Source: a virus (taxonomy: Duplodnaviria > Caudoviricetes). From it: a stretch of 45,692 nt of DNA. The notes beneath the pieces were generated by a model that was not told the DNA's origin, did not search any database, and was given only the letters and a program-made list of their open reading frames with translations. The stretch's first letter is position 1. Every line of letters starts with the position of its first letter. Positions 7,673 to 17,015 of the stretch are shown in pieces. The position numbers and the translations under genes are program-made. The stretch is taken from the IMG/VR virus record IMGVR_UViG_3300037423_000942, positions 1-45,692 of that record. One strand, 5' to 3'.

Positions 7673-7761
7673 TGCCATCCATTTCCCCGGCACCTTCGTA
7701 GGCAGCTCAACCCTCTTTTCCTTTGCATCCATCAACAAAACCACGAATAGGAGCATCGACG

Positions 7762-8070
7762 ATGAATGGGGACATGAATGAAGAGGGCGCGGACGATGGC
7801 GCGGCGTCGCCGAGATTCGCGCGAGGAATGAGCGGCCCCTTTGGCTCGTACACGGAGCCTGTGAAGACGCTGGTGGACGAGCAGACGCACGCTCACTGGC
7901 TGCGCCTGTGCAACTCGATGGACAAGCACTCCAGCGATGTTCTGCGCGATGTTGTGTACCTGCTCGTTCATGGAAAGACTCCTGAGGAACTCAGGGCGCA
8001 GAGTACGCGCAGCCTGCTCGCTTCCAAAGGACTTAATTCGGAACTCATTTCGCTGAAGGTGCGCGCGTGA
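7762..8070 (+). CDS. CII-position transcription regulator (RHH-like)
   Basis: Position after cro; beta-helix-helix pattern TEPVKTLV...SSDVLRDVVY. Confidence 0.6.
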   Translation: MNGDMNEEGADDGAASPRFARGMSGPFGSYTEPVKTLVDEQTHAHWLRLCNSMDKHSSDVLRDVVYLLVHGKTPEELRAQSTRSLLASKGLNSELISLKVRA

Positions 8071-8255
8071 GTGAGCCGCTGTACACCCGCGCTGCAATCG
8101 CACGCGATGCGGAACTCGCGGCCGAGCGTTACCGCCTCACTGGTTCCGAGCAGCCCAATCCATTCCCGATCTACAGCGATGCAGCCCTTGCGTGGACCGC
8201 TTCGTACGAGCGGTGCAAGCAGGCGCTGCTCGCCGACGTGGAGTCCGCAGCGTGA
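8067..8255 (+). CDS. Hypothetical protein, 62 aa
   Basis: GTGA coupling on both sides. Confidence 0.7.
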   Translation: MSEPLYTRAAIARDAELAAERYRLTGSEQPNPFPIYSDAALAWTASYERCKQALLADVESAA

Positions 8256-8620
8256 TCGACCACCACCGCGCCCGCATTCTGCGCATGCTGGCCGAGCGCC
8301 CGCGCAACATCAAAGCCTTCACCGATGGCGAAGTCACGCTTCAGGTGTCCGCGCGCCATGTGCTGAACTGGCTGACCGAGATGGTCGACGAGGGCCTGGT
8401 GATTCACACCAAGGCCGACGAATACCGCATCACCGAGGCAGGCCGCGCCAAGCTGCGCGAAAAGCCATCGGTTGCTGGGCGCCGCGAGCTTGTCATCGAC
8501 GCGACGCCGTGGCGTCCGCAGCCGTGGGTGCCGGCGCGCATCGGCGCTGAGGACCACAAGCGGTGCCGCTCGCTCGGGATTGACGGTAACTCTTCTATTT
8601 CGACTGCGGAGGAATCGTGA
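8252..8620 (+). CDS. Winged-helix protein, 122 aa
   Basis: ILRML...LTEMVDEGLV...YRITEAGR wHTH signature; GTG start with GGAG SD. Confidence 0.75.
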   Translation: MIDHHRARILRMLAERPRNIKAFTDGEVTLQVSARHVLNWLTEMVDEGLVIHTKADEYRITEAGRAKLREKPSVAGRRELVIDATPWRPQPWVPARIGAEDHKRCRSLGIDGNSSISTAEES

Positions 8621-8988
8621 GCACGAATTCCAACTGGTTGATTGGAACAGAGTCTTCCGTGGGTATCGGCCAGCAACGCGCCTTTCTGGATGTAGGCGAT
8701 GGCTCACATGACTCCATCGAGCCCAGCGACGACCTGAGCAACGTCATCCACGACGCGGACCTCGAGAACGAGGAGCGCATCGAAACGGCTCGCCAGAACA
8801 TCGAGGCGGCCATCCGAAATCACCAGCGCACCAATGACGACAGGCATCGGCACGACGCGATGTACTGGCGGATCGAGTTTGAACGCGCCATTGCAAAGCG
8901 CAGTCCGCAGCAGATCGCGCGCATGCAAGCCCAGCAGAACGAGCGCATGCAGCGCGAGCCCGGGGCACCGAAAGATACGAATGTTTAA
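8617..8988 (+). CDS. Hypothetical protein, 123 aa
   Basis: GGAGG SD; GTGA coupling. Confidence 0.7.
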   Translation: MSTNSNWLIGTESSVGIGQQRAFLDVGDGSHDSIEPSDDLSNVIHDADLENEERIETARQNIEAAIRNHQRTNDDRHRHDAMYWRIEFERAIAKRSPQQIARMQAQQNERMQREPGAPKDTNV

Positions 8989-9307
8989 CGCTGATCAGCT
9001 ACTTCAAGACGCCAAGGTCGCGCGATTGCTCGCTGAATCCACCGCTGCCGCCTCTGATGACAGCGGAACGTGCAATCTGGATGCGACGTTCTTTTCACTG
9101 AGAAAGGGCGAGCGCACAGAGCCCGTGGTGCGCGCGCTGCGCGCGGCCGGGTTGCAGGCCGACCCCCATCGCTGGTTCGGTCGCGGCGTGATGGTGCAGC
9201 CGCCTGGAGCAGGTCAAGCCAACAAGCGGCATGCGGCCAACCAGGCGCTGTGCGAATCCCTCAGCCGCGCTGGATGGCCGGTGGCCCCGTATTACCAGAT
9301 GGACTGA
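8981..9307 (+). CDS. Hypothetical protein, 108 aa (MFNADQLLQDAK...)
   Basis: Overlaps the previous stop; fills the operon. Confidence 0.7.
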   Translation: MFNADQLLQDAKVARLLAESTAAASDDSGTCNLDATFFSLRKGERTEPVVRALRAAGLQADPHRWFGRGVMVQPPGAGQANKRHAANQALCESLSRAGWPVAPYYQMD

Positions 9308-9310
9308 TGC

Positions 9311-10198
9311 GTGAGGCGCCCTTCTTTTCAGTTCTATCCCGCCGACTGGCGGAACAACGCCAACCTCCGGCGTTGCTCGTGGGAGGCCCGCGGCGTGTGG
9401 GTTGAGGTCATGGGCCTGATGCACGACAGCGACCAGTACGGCGTGCTGCACTGGCCGCTGAAGGAGATCGCGCAGGCTCTCGGCGCCCCGCTGAAGATCG
9501 TCCAAGAGCTTGCCTCCAAGGGCGTGATGAAGGGCAAGGACAAGGGCCTGATCGAGGCATTCGTCTACACCCCACGATCCGCTCGCAAAGACGGCGAGCC
9601 GGTGGTCCTCGTGGCTTCGCAAGATGGGCCGATTTGGTACTCCAGCCGCATGGTCAAAGACGAGTATTTGCGGTCAGTTCGCGGCGAACAAACACGGTTC
9701 GGAGACGACACAAAGGACAAACCAAAGGGCGCACCAAAGGTGGGGTTAGGTGCAACGTCAAGTGACGGCTCTTCATCTTCATCTTCATCTACTACCTCTC
9801 CTTCACTACGTTCAGGAGAGGGCGCTCCCGAGCCGAAAGCATCGAAAGCGGCAACGCTAAAGACTTACCTTGAGCTTTGCCGCAAGGAGGGCTGCAAGCC
9901 CATTCCCCCGGAGCATCCCGTGCGCGCGTACTGCGCCGACGCGGGCATTGGCGACGAGATGCTGCAGGTGGCTTGGCTCGTGTTCAAGGACCGCTACACG
10001 AGCGACGAAAAGGCGAAAGCCAAGCGCTACAAGGACTGGCCGCGAGTGTTCCAGAACAGCGTGCAGAGCCGCTGGTATGGGCTATGGATCGTGAACGCCG
10101 ACGGCGCAGCGGAATGGTCGAACACCGGCCTGCAGCAAAAGCGCGTGCTCGAGGCGCGGCTGCGCAAGATGGAGGGGGCATCGCATGCAGCTGATTGA
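9311..10198 (+). CDS. Replication initiator (lambda O-like)
   Basis: PSFQFYPADW N-terminus, low-complexity middle, YKDW...F.N C-terminal domain; immediately upstream of dnaB. Confidence 0.8.
   Translation: MRRPSFQFYPADWRNNANLRRCSWEARGVWVEVMGLMHDSDQYGVLHWPLKEIAQALGAPLKIVQELASKGVMKGKDKGLIEAFVYTPRSARKDGEPVVLVASQDGPIWYSSRMVKDEYLRSVRGEQTRFGDDTKDKPKGAPKVGLGATSSDGSSSSSSSTTSPSLRSGEGAPEPKASKAATLKTYLELCRKEGCKPIPPEHPVRAYCADAGIGDEMLQVAWLVFKDRYTSDEKAKAKRYKDWPRVFQNSVQSRWYGLWIVNADGAAEWSNTGLQQKRVLEARLRKMEGASHAAD
9711..9790 (+). repeat. Putative replication-origin iterons: CAAAGG x3 at 12-bp spacing and (TCTTCA)x3
   Basis: Read directly in the initiator linker, where lambdoid origins lie. Confidence 0.55.
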
Positions 10199-11576
10199 GC
10201 CGCCCTTTGCCCAGGTCGCGCAGCTTCGCTCTCCGCCTCACTCAATCGAAGCAGAGTCCGGCGTTCTTTCGGGTCTGCTGCTGGATGCGGCGGCATGGGA
10301 CCGCGTGGGCGATCTGGTCACGGAGTCGGACTTCTTTCGCTATGAGCACCGTCTGATTTTCGGCGCCGTCGGCGCTTTGGCGAACGCCTGCAAGCCGGTC
10401 GACGCAATCACGGTTTTTGAGCACCTGAAGGCCGCAGGCAAAGACCAAGAGGCGGGCGGGCTGTCCTACATTGATTCGCTGGCGTCGTTCAGCCCGAGCG
10501 CGGCGAACATCCGGCGCTACGCCGAGATCATGCGCGAGCAGGCCGTCCTGCGCCGGCTGATTGCGGCCTGTGACGAAACTGCAACCAGCGCCTTCAATAC
10601 GCAAGGTCGGGCCGTCAGCGAACTTCTCGATTCCGCGCAGCAGCGCCTGCAGGAAATCCACGTTGGCACGGGTCGCGTGATGCCAACCGACATCGGCGCA
10701 TCGGTCGTGCGCCTGCTGGATCGGATTCAGGCTGCGGCGGACGGCACCGAGCCTCGCGGCATCCCCAGCGGCATCCCGGCATTCGACCGGATGACGGGCG
10801 GCGGCTTTAAAGGTGGCAAGCAGATCATCCTCGCGGCGCGTCCATCCGTCGGCAAGTCGTCCCTCGCAGAGCAGTTCTGCATTCACGTTGCGCTGCACGA
10901 GGGCCTGTCCACGGCGTTTCTGTCGCAGGAAATGTCCAAGGACGAACTCACCGACCGCGCAATCGCCAACATTGCCAGAGTCCCGCTGGATCGCATCATC
11001 TCTGGGAACCTTGAGGACGATGACTGGTCGCGCCTGACCGAAGCCGTGGAGAAGCTGCGCAACGTGCAGCTGTTCCTCGATGAGCAGCCCGCGTTGACGC
11101 TTGCCGACATCGCCGCGAAGGCGCGCATGCTCAAGCGCCAACACGACGTCAAGCTGATCGTCATCGACTACCTGCAGCTATGCGCGGGCGGCAAGGACAA
11201 GGACACCCGGCACCATCAAATCGAGCATCTGAGCCGCGGCATCAAGACGCTCGCAAAGCAGCTCGACGTCTGCTTCATCACCCTGAGCCAGCTCAATCGC
11301 GAAGTGGAAAAGCGCGCGAATGGGCGTCCGGTTCTGAGCGACCTGAAGGAATCGGGCGCCATCGAAGAGGACGCGGACATCGTGATGCTTCTGAGCCGCG
11401 GGCAGGCGAACCCGAACGGCCTGCAGGTCGTCAATTGCGACGTGCCGAAGAACCGACAAGGCCGAATCGGCTCCTTCGCGCTGGCCTTTGACGGTGCCTA
11501 TCAGCAGTGGACGGAAACCATCGTCGCGCCGGAGTTCAAAGCCCCGCCTCGCAAACATTACACGGAGGACGTCTGA
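10185..11576 (+). CDS. dnaB: Replicative DNA helicase
   Basis: PPHSIEAE N-terminus, Walker A AARPSVGKS, IDYLQL, LSQLNR, SDLKESGAIEEDAD, KNRQG. Confidence 0.97.
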   Translation: MQLIEPPFAQVAQLRSPPHSIEAESGVLSGLLLDAAAWDRVGDLVTESDFFRYEHRLIFGAVGALANACKPVDAITVFEHLKAAGKDQEAGGLSYIDSLASFSPSAANIRRYAEIMREQAVLRRLIAACDETATSAFNTQGRAVSELLDSAQQRLQEIHVGTGRVMPTDIGASVVRLLDRIQAAADGTEPRGIPSGIPAFDRMTGGGFKGGKQIILAARPSVGKSSLAEQFCIHVALHEGLSTAFLSQEMSKDELTDRAIANIARVPLDRIISGNLEDDDWSRLTEAVEKLRNVQLFLDEQPALTLADIAAKARMLKRQHDVKLIVIDYLQLCAGGKDKDTRHHQIEHLSRGIKTLAKQLDVCFITLSQLNREVEKRANGRPVLSDLKESGAIEEDADIVMLLSRGQANPNGLQVVNCDVPKNRQGRIGSFALAFDGAYQQWTETIVAPEFKAPPRKHYTEDV

Positions 11577-11577
11577 T

Positions 11578-11787
11578 GTGGACGAGCAGTGGCGGCATGA
11601 GTGCGAGGTGCGCGAGTGGATTCGCAGGCGGACCGAGAAAGGGCCTGAGCAGGGGCGCAGTTGGCTCGCCACCGTGCTCGAAAGCATCGGCAAAAAACGC
11701 GGCGCTGACGCCGCGGAAAGGCTGCGCAATGACATCACGAATCAGTGGCGGCTGGGCAATCGCGGCCAGTTCGGAGATTGGAGATGA
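11578..11787 (+). CDS. Small phage protein (DEQWRHECEVREW...), 69 aa
   Basis: GTG start with GGAGG SD; resembles a common post-helicase phage family. Confidence 0.75.
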   Translation: MDEQWRHECEVREWIRRRTEKGPEQGRSWLATVLESIGKKRGADAAERLRNDITNQWRLGNRGQFGDWR

Positions 11788-11790
11788 ATC

Positions 11791-12264
11791 GTGCTGATCG
11801 GAATTGACCCAGGTATCTCGGGTGCACTTGTGCTGCTCGGCAAAGACGGCCAACCCGTTGAATGGGAGTTGATGCCAGTGCTGAAGGTTGGCAAGAGCTC
11901 GCGCGTGAACGCGGCGGCTCTGGCTGCGATGCTCGAGAAGTGGCACCGCGGAATCGCCTGCAGCGCTGCGCACGCATACGTCGAGCAAGTGGGCGCGATG
12001 CCGGGGCAGGGCGTGACATCCATGTTCAGCTTCGGCCATGCCGTCGGTTCTTTGATGGGTGCCGTCGCTGGCGTCGGTGTCCCACACACGCTGATCACGC
12101 CGAAGTCGTGGAAGACGGGCGCGGGCCTGATTGGCACCGAAAAGGATGCAGCGCGGGCGCGAGCGATTCAACTATGGCCGCAGTGGCGCGCGTTGGACAA
12201 AAAAGGAGAGGGCCAAGCTCTGGCGGATGCAGCGCTGATCGCGCGGTTCGGAGGTGCGGCATGA
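11791..12264 (+). CDS. RuvC-like Holliday junction resolvase
   Basis: IGIDPG...YVEQV...P..WK...ADAALIA motifs. Confidence 0.88.
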   Translation: MLIGIDPGISGALVLLGKDGQPVEWELMPVLKVGKSSRVNAAALAAMLEKWHRGIACSAAHAYVEQVGAMPGQGVTSMFSFGHAVGSLMGAVAGVGVPHTLITPKSWKTGAGLIGTEKDAARARAIQLWPQWRALDKKGEGQALADAALIARFGGAA

Positions 12265-12782
12265 AGCGAGGCATCAAGGCCATCCCTCCCGAGCTCCTGT
12301 CGTGGGTGAAGGACCGTTGCGTGGTCGACGAAGGCGTGGACGGCTGCTGGCTTTGGAAGCTGTCATTGCATGATGGCGCGCAGCCGCAGGGCAAGTACCT
12401 CGGCAAGATCATCAACGTGCGGCGCGTGCTCCTTGCGCACATGAACGGGGGCGAGTATCCCCGTGCGCTGGTTGCGACTTGCCGGTGCAAAGTGAACGGA
12501 TGCACGCGACCGGAACACCTTTACGGGACGACGCGCAGCAAGGTTTTGACCGGCATGCCGCGATCCCTGGTGCATTGCGCCAACCTGGCCAGGGCGGCAA
12601 GAGTGCGCAGCCCCTTCACGCAAGAGGACGTTGACGCCATCCGAGCCGATGCGAGGCCCAACACGGAAGTGGCGCAAGCACTCGGCGTTGATGACACCGT
12701 TATCAGCCAGATCCGCCTGCACAAGACCTGGCGCGATTACGCCAACCCGTTCATGACCCTTGCTCAATGGAGGTCCGTATGA
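12261..12782 (+). CDS. HNH-like endonuclease with a C-terminal HTH
   Basis: GCWLW...C...GC.RPEHL His-Cys-type core; C-terminal VAQALGV...ISQIR. Confidence 0.7.
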   Translation: MKRGIKAIPPELLSWVKDRCVVDEGVDGCWLWKLSLHDGAQPQGKYLGKIINVRRVLLAHMNGGEYPRALVATCRCKVNGCTRPEHLYGTTRSKVLTGMPRSLVHCANLARAARVRSPFTQEDVDAIRADARPNTEVAQALGVDDTVISQIRLHKTWRDYANPFMTLAQWRSV

Positions 12783-12985
12783 ACATCAATCCGCATGACT
12801 ACGCATTGAGCTTCTCGGACGTTCCGAAGCCGCTTGTCGTCGACGAAGACCCGGTAACGGAGAACTGGCCGCTTCCGCCGGCAAAGGCATGGCAGCCGCG
12901 CGGCCCTTCGCTGTGGGAAAAGGCGCGCCAGTTCTTCCGCGAAGTCGGCGATGCCATTGACGAGACATTCAACTTCGACCTCTGA
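12779..12985 (+). CDS. Hypothetical protein, 68 aa
   Basis: GGAGG SD; ATGA coupling. Confidence 0.65.
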   Translation: MNINPHDYALSFSDVPKPLVVDEDPVTENWPLPPAKAWQPRGPSLWEKARQFFREVGDAIDETFNFDL

Positions 12986-12996
12986 AAGGAATATAG

Positions 12997-13305
12997 ATGA
13001 CGAAGCAACAGACGTTCAACGGCATCGACTACACGCCGCGCCATCCGGTGGAACGGCGAGTGCTGGAGCGACACATCCATGGCGTTGTGCAGCACAGGCA
13101 GCGGTATCCGATCTTCGAGGTCACGGCAGGCGGCAGGACCGTGGAGTGGACGGACAACCGTTCGGTTGCGCACGGAGCGTTCCATGCGGCGCAGACGTTA
13201 CCGAAGAGGCTGGCCGTCGTTTACGACGACGGGCGCAAGGAACTGCTGGACGAGGTGAGTCAGAGCGGGCATGCGCGCAATCCTCAACTGGCGATTGCGG
13301 CATGA
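12997..13305 (+). CDS. Hypothetical protein, 102 aa
   Basis: AAAGGA SD. Confidence 0.7.
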   Translation: MTKQQTFNGIDYTPRHPVERRVLERHIHGVVQHRQRYPIFEVTAGGRTVEWTDNRSVAHGAFHAAQTLPKRLAVVYDDGRKELLDEVSQSGHARNPQLAIAA

Positions 13306-13784
13306 GTGAAATCCTCTTGCGCGTGGATCTGCGCGAGCCAGTGCAGGCAAAGAAGGCGATTCAGGCGGCGTGGGAGCACGCAAAGTCGCTTCTGTTCGCA
13401 GGCCATCGCCTCGTGCTGGAGGTGCGTCCTGCAAATCGCTCTGACAAGCAAAACCGTCTCCTGCACTCCCGGCTCAGCGACATCTCCAAGCAGATCGAAT
13501 GGTGCGGCAGCAAGCGCGACGTTGACACCTGGAAACGACTTCTCACCGCAGCGTGGCTTCGCGCGCGCGGCGAAAGCGTCGAGATTCTTCCCGCGCTGGA
13601 CGGCCATGGCGTGGATGTCGTGTTCCGCCAGACCAGCAAGCTCTCGCGCGCCGAGTGCGTCGAGTTGTGCGACTACATCATGGCCTGGGGAAGCGATCGT
13701 GATGTGCCGGTGCGGTGGTGCATTGCGAGCTTGGCCGGCGAGGTTGATCAAGAGACTGGCGAGATTCTGGAGGTGGCAGCGTGA
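13302..13784 (+). CDS. ninB: NinB/Orf-family recombination protein
   Basis: RS..QNRLLH..L.DISKQIEW.G......WKRLL...TSKL signature. Confidence 0.88.
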   Translation: MSEILLRVDLREPVQAKKAIQAAWEHAKSLLFAGHRLVLEVRPANRSDKQNRLLHSRLSDISKQIEWCGSKRDVDTWKRLLTAAWLRARGESVEILPALDGHGVDVVFRQTSKLSRAECVELCDYIMAWGSDRDVPVRWCIASLAGEVDQETGEILEVAA

Positions 13785-13966
13785 TCCTTCTCGCAGATAT
13801 CGCCCGCTGCGCTGGCAAGCCCGCAGGAGCCAGCGGCCATCAGGTGCACCCCGAGTGCGTCAACTGCTGGCGTCGGCTGGCTCCGAGAGGCGGCTACTTC
13901 GTGCTCCCCGAGCCTCCGAAGGACTCGCCGTGCCCGATCAAGCTGCGGGCGAAGGAGCGGGCATGA
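13781..13966 (+). CDS. Small Cys-rich protein, 61 aa
   Basis: DIARC.G...EC.NC.R...CP; coupled. Confidence 0.7.
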   Translation: MILLADIARCAGKPAGASGHQVHPECVNCWRRLAPRGGYFVLPEPPKDSPCPIKLRAKERA

Positions 13967-14499
13967 AAAGAACACCGCTCAAGCGCCGCACGCCCTTGCG
14001 CTCCAAGCGCCACGAGCCCAGCGTGGAGCGAGAACCCAAGCCCTACGTGCGGCCGACCGTTCAATCGCTGCATCGCGGGGTGTACGGCGGAACGACCAGC
14101 GCGGCGCCAAAGACATCGCCGAAGCGCAACCCCGCGCTGCTGGAGATGGCCGAGAAGCGCCCGTGCCTGCTGCGCGTTCCCGGAGTGTGCAACGGCGACC
14201 CCGATACGACGGTGGCCTGCCACTCCAACGCGAGCGTTCATGGCAAGGCTGGTGCCCGTAAGGCTGACGACTGCTACAGCGTGTGGGGTTGTGCCTCCTG
14301 CCACCGCTGGTTGGATCAGCCCATCGGCGTGCACGGCCCGACCTACGACCAGAAGCAAGCCCGATTCGCGCTTGCGCATCTTGACCAGGTGATCGAGTGG
14401 CGGCGCATCGCCAACGACCCGAGCGAGCCCGTGCGGTTCCGCAGGGCGGCGCAGTGGGCACTGGAACAACTCAACGCAACGCCGGGAGCTGCCGAATGA
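13963..14499 (+). CDS. DUF1364/YbcO-like nuclease
   Basis: CLLRVPGVCNGDPDTTVACHSN...K..D....WGC.SCH. Confidence 0.82.
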   Translation: MKRTPLKRRTPLRSKRHEPSVEREPKPYVRPTVQSLHRGVYGGTTSAAPKTSPKRNPALLEMAEKRPCLLRVPGVCNGDPDTTVACHSNASVHGKAGARKADDCYSVWGCASCHRWLDQPIGVHGPTYDQKQARFALAHLDQVIEWRRIANDPSEPVRFRRAAQWALEQLNATPGAAE

Positions 14500-14981
14500 G
14501 CGTCATTGCTTGGGACGGTAAGACGCTGGCCGCTGACAAGCGCGCCAGTTTCGGGACCACGATTCGCACGACCACGAAGATTTTCCGCCACGGAAACGCC
14601 CTGCTTGCCTACGCAGGCGACTCCGCACACGGCGAGGAGGTGCGCGCGTGGTGGATGCGAGGTGCGGATCCAGACGACTTTCCTAGGAGCCAGCGCGACA
14701 AGGACGACTGGGCTGGGCTGCTGGTGATCCGCCGCGGCGAGCATGGGCCGGTAATCGCACGCTACGAGCGCACGCCGTACCCGATCTATTTCGAGGACGA
14801 GCACTTTTCCATCGGCAGCGGCCGGGAGTTCGCGCTGGCGGCGATGTACCTCGGCTGCGATGCCCGGCGAGCAGTCGAAGTCGCGTGCGCGCTGGACAGC
14901 GGCTGCGGCAACGGCATCGACACATTGACCCTTGAAGACACGCCCGCTCCCAGCGGGGCATCGACAGCTGGAGAAGACTGA
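14496..14981 (+). CDS. Ntn-hydrolase (proteasome-beta/HslV-like) phage protein
   Basis: MSVIAWDG.TLAAD...K...AG...SIGSG..FALAAM..G.DA..AVEVAC.LD. Confidence 0.78.
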   Translation: MSVIAWDGKTLAADKRASFGTTIRTTTKIFRHGNALLAYAGDSAHGEEVRAWWMRGADPDDFPRSQRDKDDWAGLLVIRRGEHGPVIARYERTPYPIYFEDEHFSIGSGREFALAAMYLGCDARRAVEVACALDSGCGNGIDTLTLEDTPAPSGASTAGED

Positions 14982-14990
14982 AAGGAAAAC

Positions 14991-15293
14991 ATGAATAGGC
15001 CATTGAGCATTCCCATGATCGAGTTGCGCTTGCGCAGCATGGAGCAATCCATCGTTCATGCCTTCATGGAGCACGCGCAGGATCTTGGCGACCAAGTTGA
15101 TGAGGCCGTGAAGCGCGTCTGCACGGCTGAGAACATCCAACGGATTCTGAACGATCAGACCACATCCGCGATTGAATCGGCTGTGCGCGACGAGGTCCAA
15201 AACTTCTTCCGATTTGGGCCTGGCCGCAGCTTCATTGCGTCATCGGTCCGCGCCAGACTTGAAGAGGACTTGAAGGAGCGAGTCAATGGGTGA
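14991..15293 (+). CDS. Hypothetical protein, 100 aa
   Basis: AAAGGA SD. Confidence 0.7.
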   Translation: MNRPLSIPMIELRLRSMEQSIVHAFMEHAQDLGDQVDEAVKRVCTAENIQRILNDQTTSAIESAVRDEVQNFFRFGPGRSFIASSVRARLEEDLKERVNG

Positions 15294-15657
15294 AGCCAAA
15301 GCAAGAGGAACTGCGGAAGAACGCCGCGAACAGTCCATCAACCGCGAGCTCGACACCGCCGAGTGCGTGATCTTCCTAAAGGCGACCGATGGAAAGCTGA
15401 ACATCGGCTTTCTTCCGCGTGACGAAGAGCCCAACCAGGACAGCCCCGCGATGATCTTCGCGGCCTACGTCAATGCGAACTTCACGCAGCTCGCAGGCGA
15501 AGCGATGGCGATGTACGAGTCTGCCACGCAGGGCCTTCCCGGCGATGGTTCGGTGATGCTGGCCGAAGCTCCGAAGCGCAGCATCGTGGATGCGGTCGGG
15601 AACATCGCCAGCGATGCACCTGCGCTGGTGGGGCCGGATGGGGGCCCGCTGCAATGA
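15286..15657 (+). CDS. Hypothetical protein, 123 aa (MGEAKARGT...)
   Basis: AAGGAG SD; overlaps neighbours. Confidence 0.75.
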   Translation: MGEAKARGTAEERREQSINRELDTAECVIFLKATDGKLNIGFLPRDEEPNQDSPAMIFAAYVNANFTQLAGEAMAMYESATQGLPGDGSVMLAEAPKRSIVDAVGNIASDAPALVGPDGGPLQ

Positions 15658-15893
15658 GCGGCGCAGGTTGGGTGTTTTGGGGCGGCTGCGCGCTGTTCGC
15701 TTTCTTGATCGTCGCCGAGATCGTTGACCACAACGACTGGTAGCGGTTCAAGTTCGCTCATGGCTGCAAGGTCGTCGCCAAGATGAGAGGCGAAACCATC
15801 ACGACCATCGACTTCAACGGCAATGTCGGCATAGGGTCTACCAGCGGCAAAACTGGCTGGCTGTGCGACGACGGCATCACCTATTACCGATGA
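15654..15893 (+). pseudogene. Single-TM phage protein (79 codons) interrupted by an in-frame TAG at 15741-15743
   Basis: ATGA-coupled start; the frame continues after TAG as RFKFAHGCKVVAKM...KTGWLCDDGITYYR. Confidence 0.7.
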
Positions 15894-15903
15894 AAGGGCG
15901 CAC

Positions 15904-16152
15904 ATGAACGCACATTGGGTACGGCTCACGATCGCGCTCGGTTCAACCATCGGCGGCGCGGTAGTTCTTATTGCGTGGTGCTGGGCAATGATGGATGTCT
16001 CGGCGGCGCATCCAACTCATTTCGAGACGATGCAAGGTGCGGGCAAGGTCTGCACCCGAATGGTGGAAGAGCGCTGGTATGGGAAGCAGGTTGTGCGCTC
16101 CTGGGAGTGCCAACCGGCAACGGCGGGTGCTCCGTTGGGAGGGACGCCGTGA
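15904..16152 (+). CDS. Small membrane-anchored protein, 82 aa
   Basis: AAAGGG SD; N-terminal TM helix. Confidence 0.65.
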   Translation: MNAHWVRLTIALGSTIGGAVVLIAWCWAMMDVSAAHPTHFETMQGAGKVCTRMVEERWYGKQVVRSWECQPATAGAPLGGTP

Positions 16153-16361
16153 AGCCGCTGATTGCAAAAGTCGGAGCGGAATACGCTTGCGTATCGGAGG
16201 ACGGATGCGGCTGGGGCGACGCACCTATCGTTGCATTCCGCGATTACGAGCGCTCCCGCGACTACCAAGCCTGGTTGCACTCCGACAGCTATTTGCGGAC
16301 ACCGCTCGCTCAGTGTTTCCGCCGATCTGACGCGTTCGTCGGCGCGCGACAACGCAGTTGA
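16149..16361 (+). CDS. Hypothetical protein, 70 aa
   Basis: GTGA coupling; GGAGG SD. Confidence 0.55.
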   Translation: MKPLIAKVGAEYACVSEDGCGWGDAPIVAFRDYERSRDYQAWLHSDSYLRTPLAQCFRRSDAFVGARQRS

Positions 16362-16396
16362 CCTGGTAACCGTTACCACTCAAGAGGGGACTCCAA

Positions 16397-17014
16397 ATGC
16401 TCGCCGCAATGAAACCAACACTACCCGAACGCTATTCGACCTCAGTGCACGCCACGGATATGAGCGTGGAAGAGCGCACGTTCCGAAGTTCGAGTGATGT
16501 GATCGGAGCTTACGGCCTGGCAGACCGCGCGCTGACAACGGGAAAGCGCCGCACAGGGCCGCGTGAGGAAGACGTGGAAACGTTACCACCCGCGCCGCTG
16601 GCCGTGCCGCTCGAACGGCTGTTTGCCGGCGATCCGCGAGCCTCTCACGAGGTCGTGCGCCTGCTGGCCGGGATGGCGTTCGAGCAATCGTGGGCTTTGC
16701 GGGTCAAGATCAGCAAACCCGCCTGTCATGACATGGCCTGCGCCTGCCTTGCGTGGCATCGCAACGGTCGGTGTGATCCGTGCGGTGGGACGGGTTACCA
16801 GTTGGTGCCCGGGACGGGGAAGAATGGCGTCGGCGGCGTCCTGAGTGATGCGGCCTGCGAGTGCTGCAAGGGCGGCGGTCGCCGGGAGTTGGAGAGAGAA
16901 TTTCGGCAGGAGTATCGTCCGCTGGCCCGCTGGCTGGTGTCGGAGATGGAGAGGGCGATGGGGCAGGCGGGACCAGCGGCTATGCGAGCATTGACGTCTC
17001 GATTGGAGTTGTGA
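16397..17014 (+). CDS. Q: Q-like late antiterminator with a zinc finger
   Basis: CDPCGGTG...CECCKGGG finger; near the end of the early operon, before the late promoter. Confidence 0.75.
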   Translation: MLAAMKPTLPERYSTSVHATDMSVEERTFRSSSDVIGAYGLADRALTTGKRRTGPREEDVETLPPAPLAVPLERLFAGDPRASHEVVRLLAGMAFEQSWALRVKISKPACHDMACACLAWHRNGRCDPCGGTGYQLVPGTGKNGVGGVLSDAACECCKGGGRRELEREFRQEYRPLARWLVSEMERAMGQAGPAAMRALTSRLEL

Positions 17015-17015
17015 C

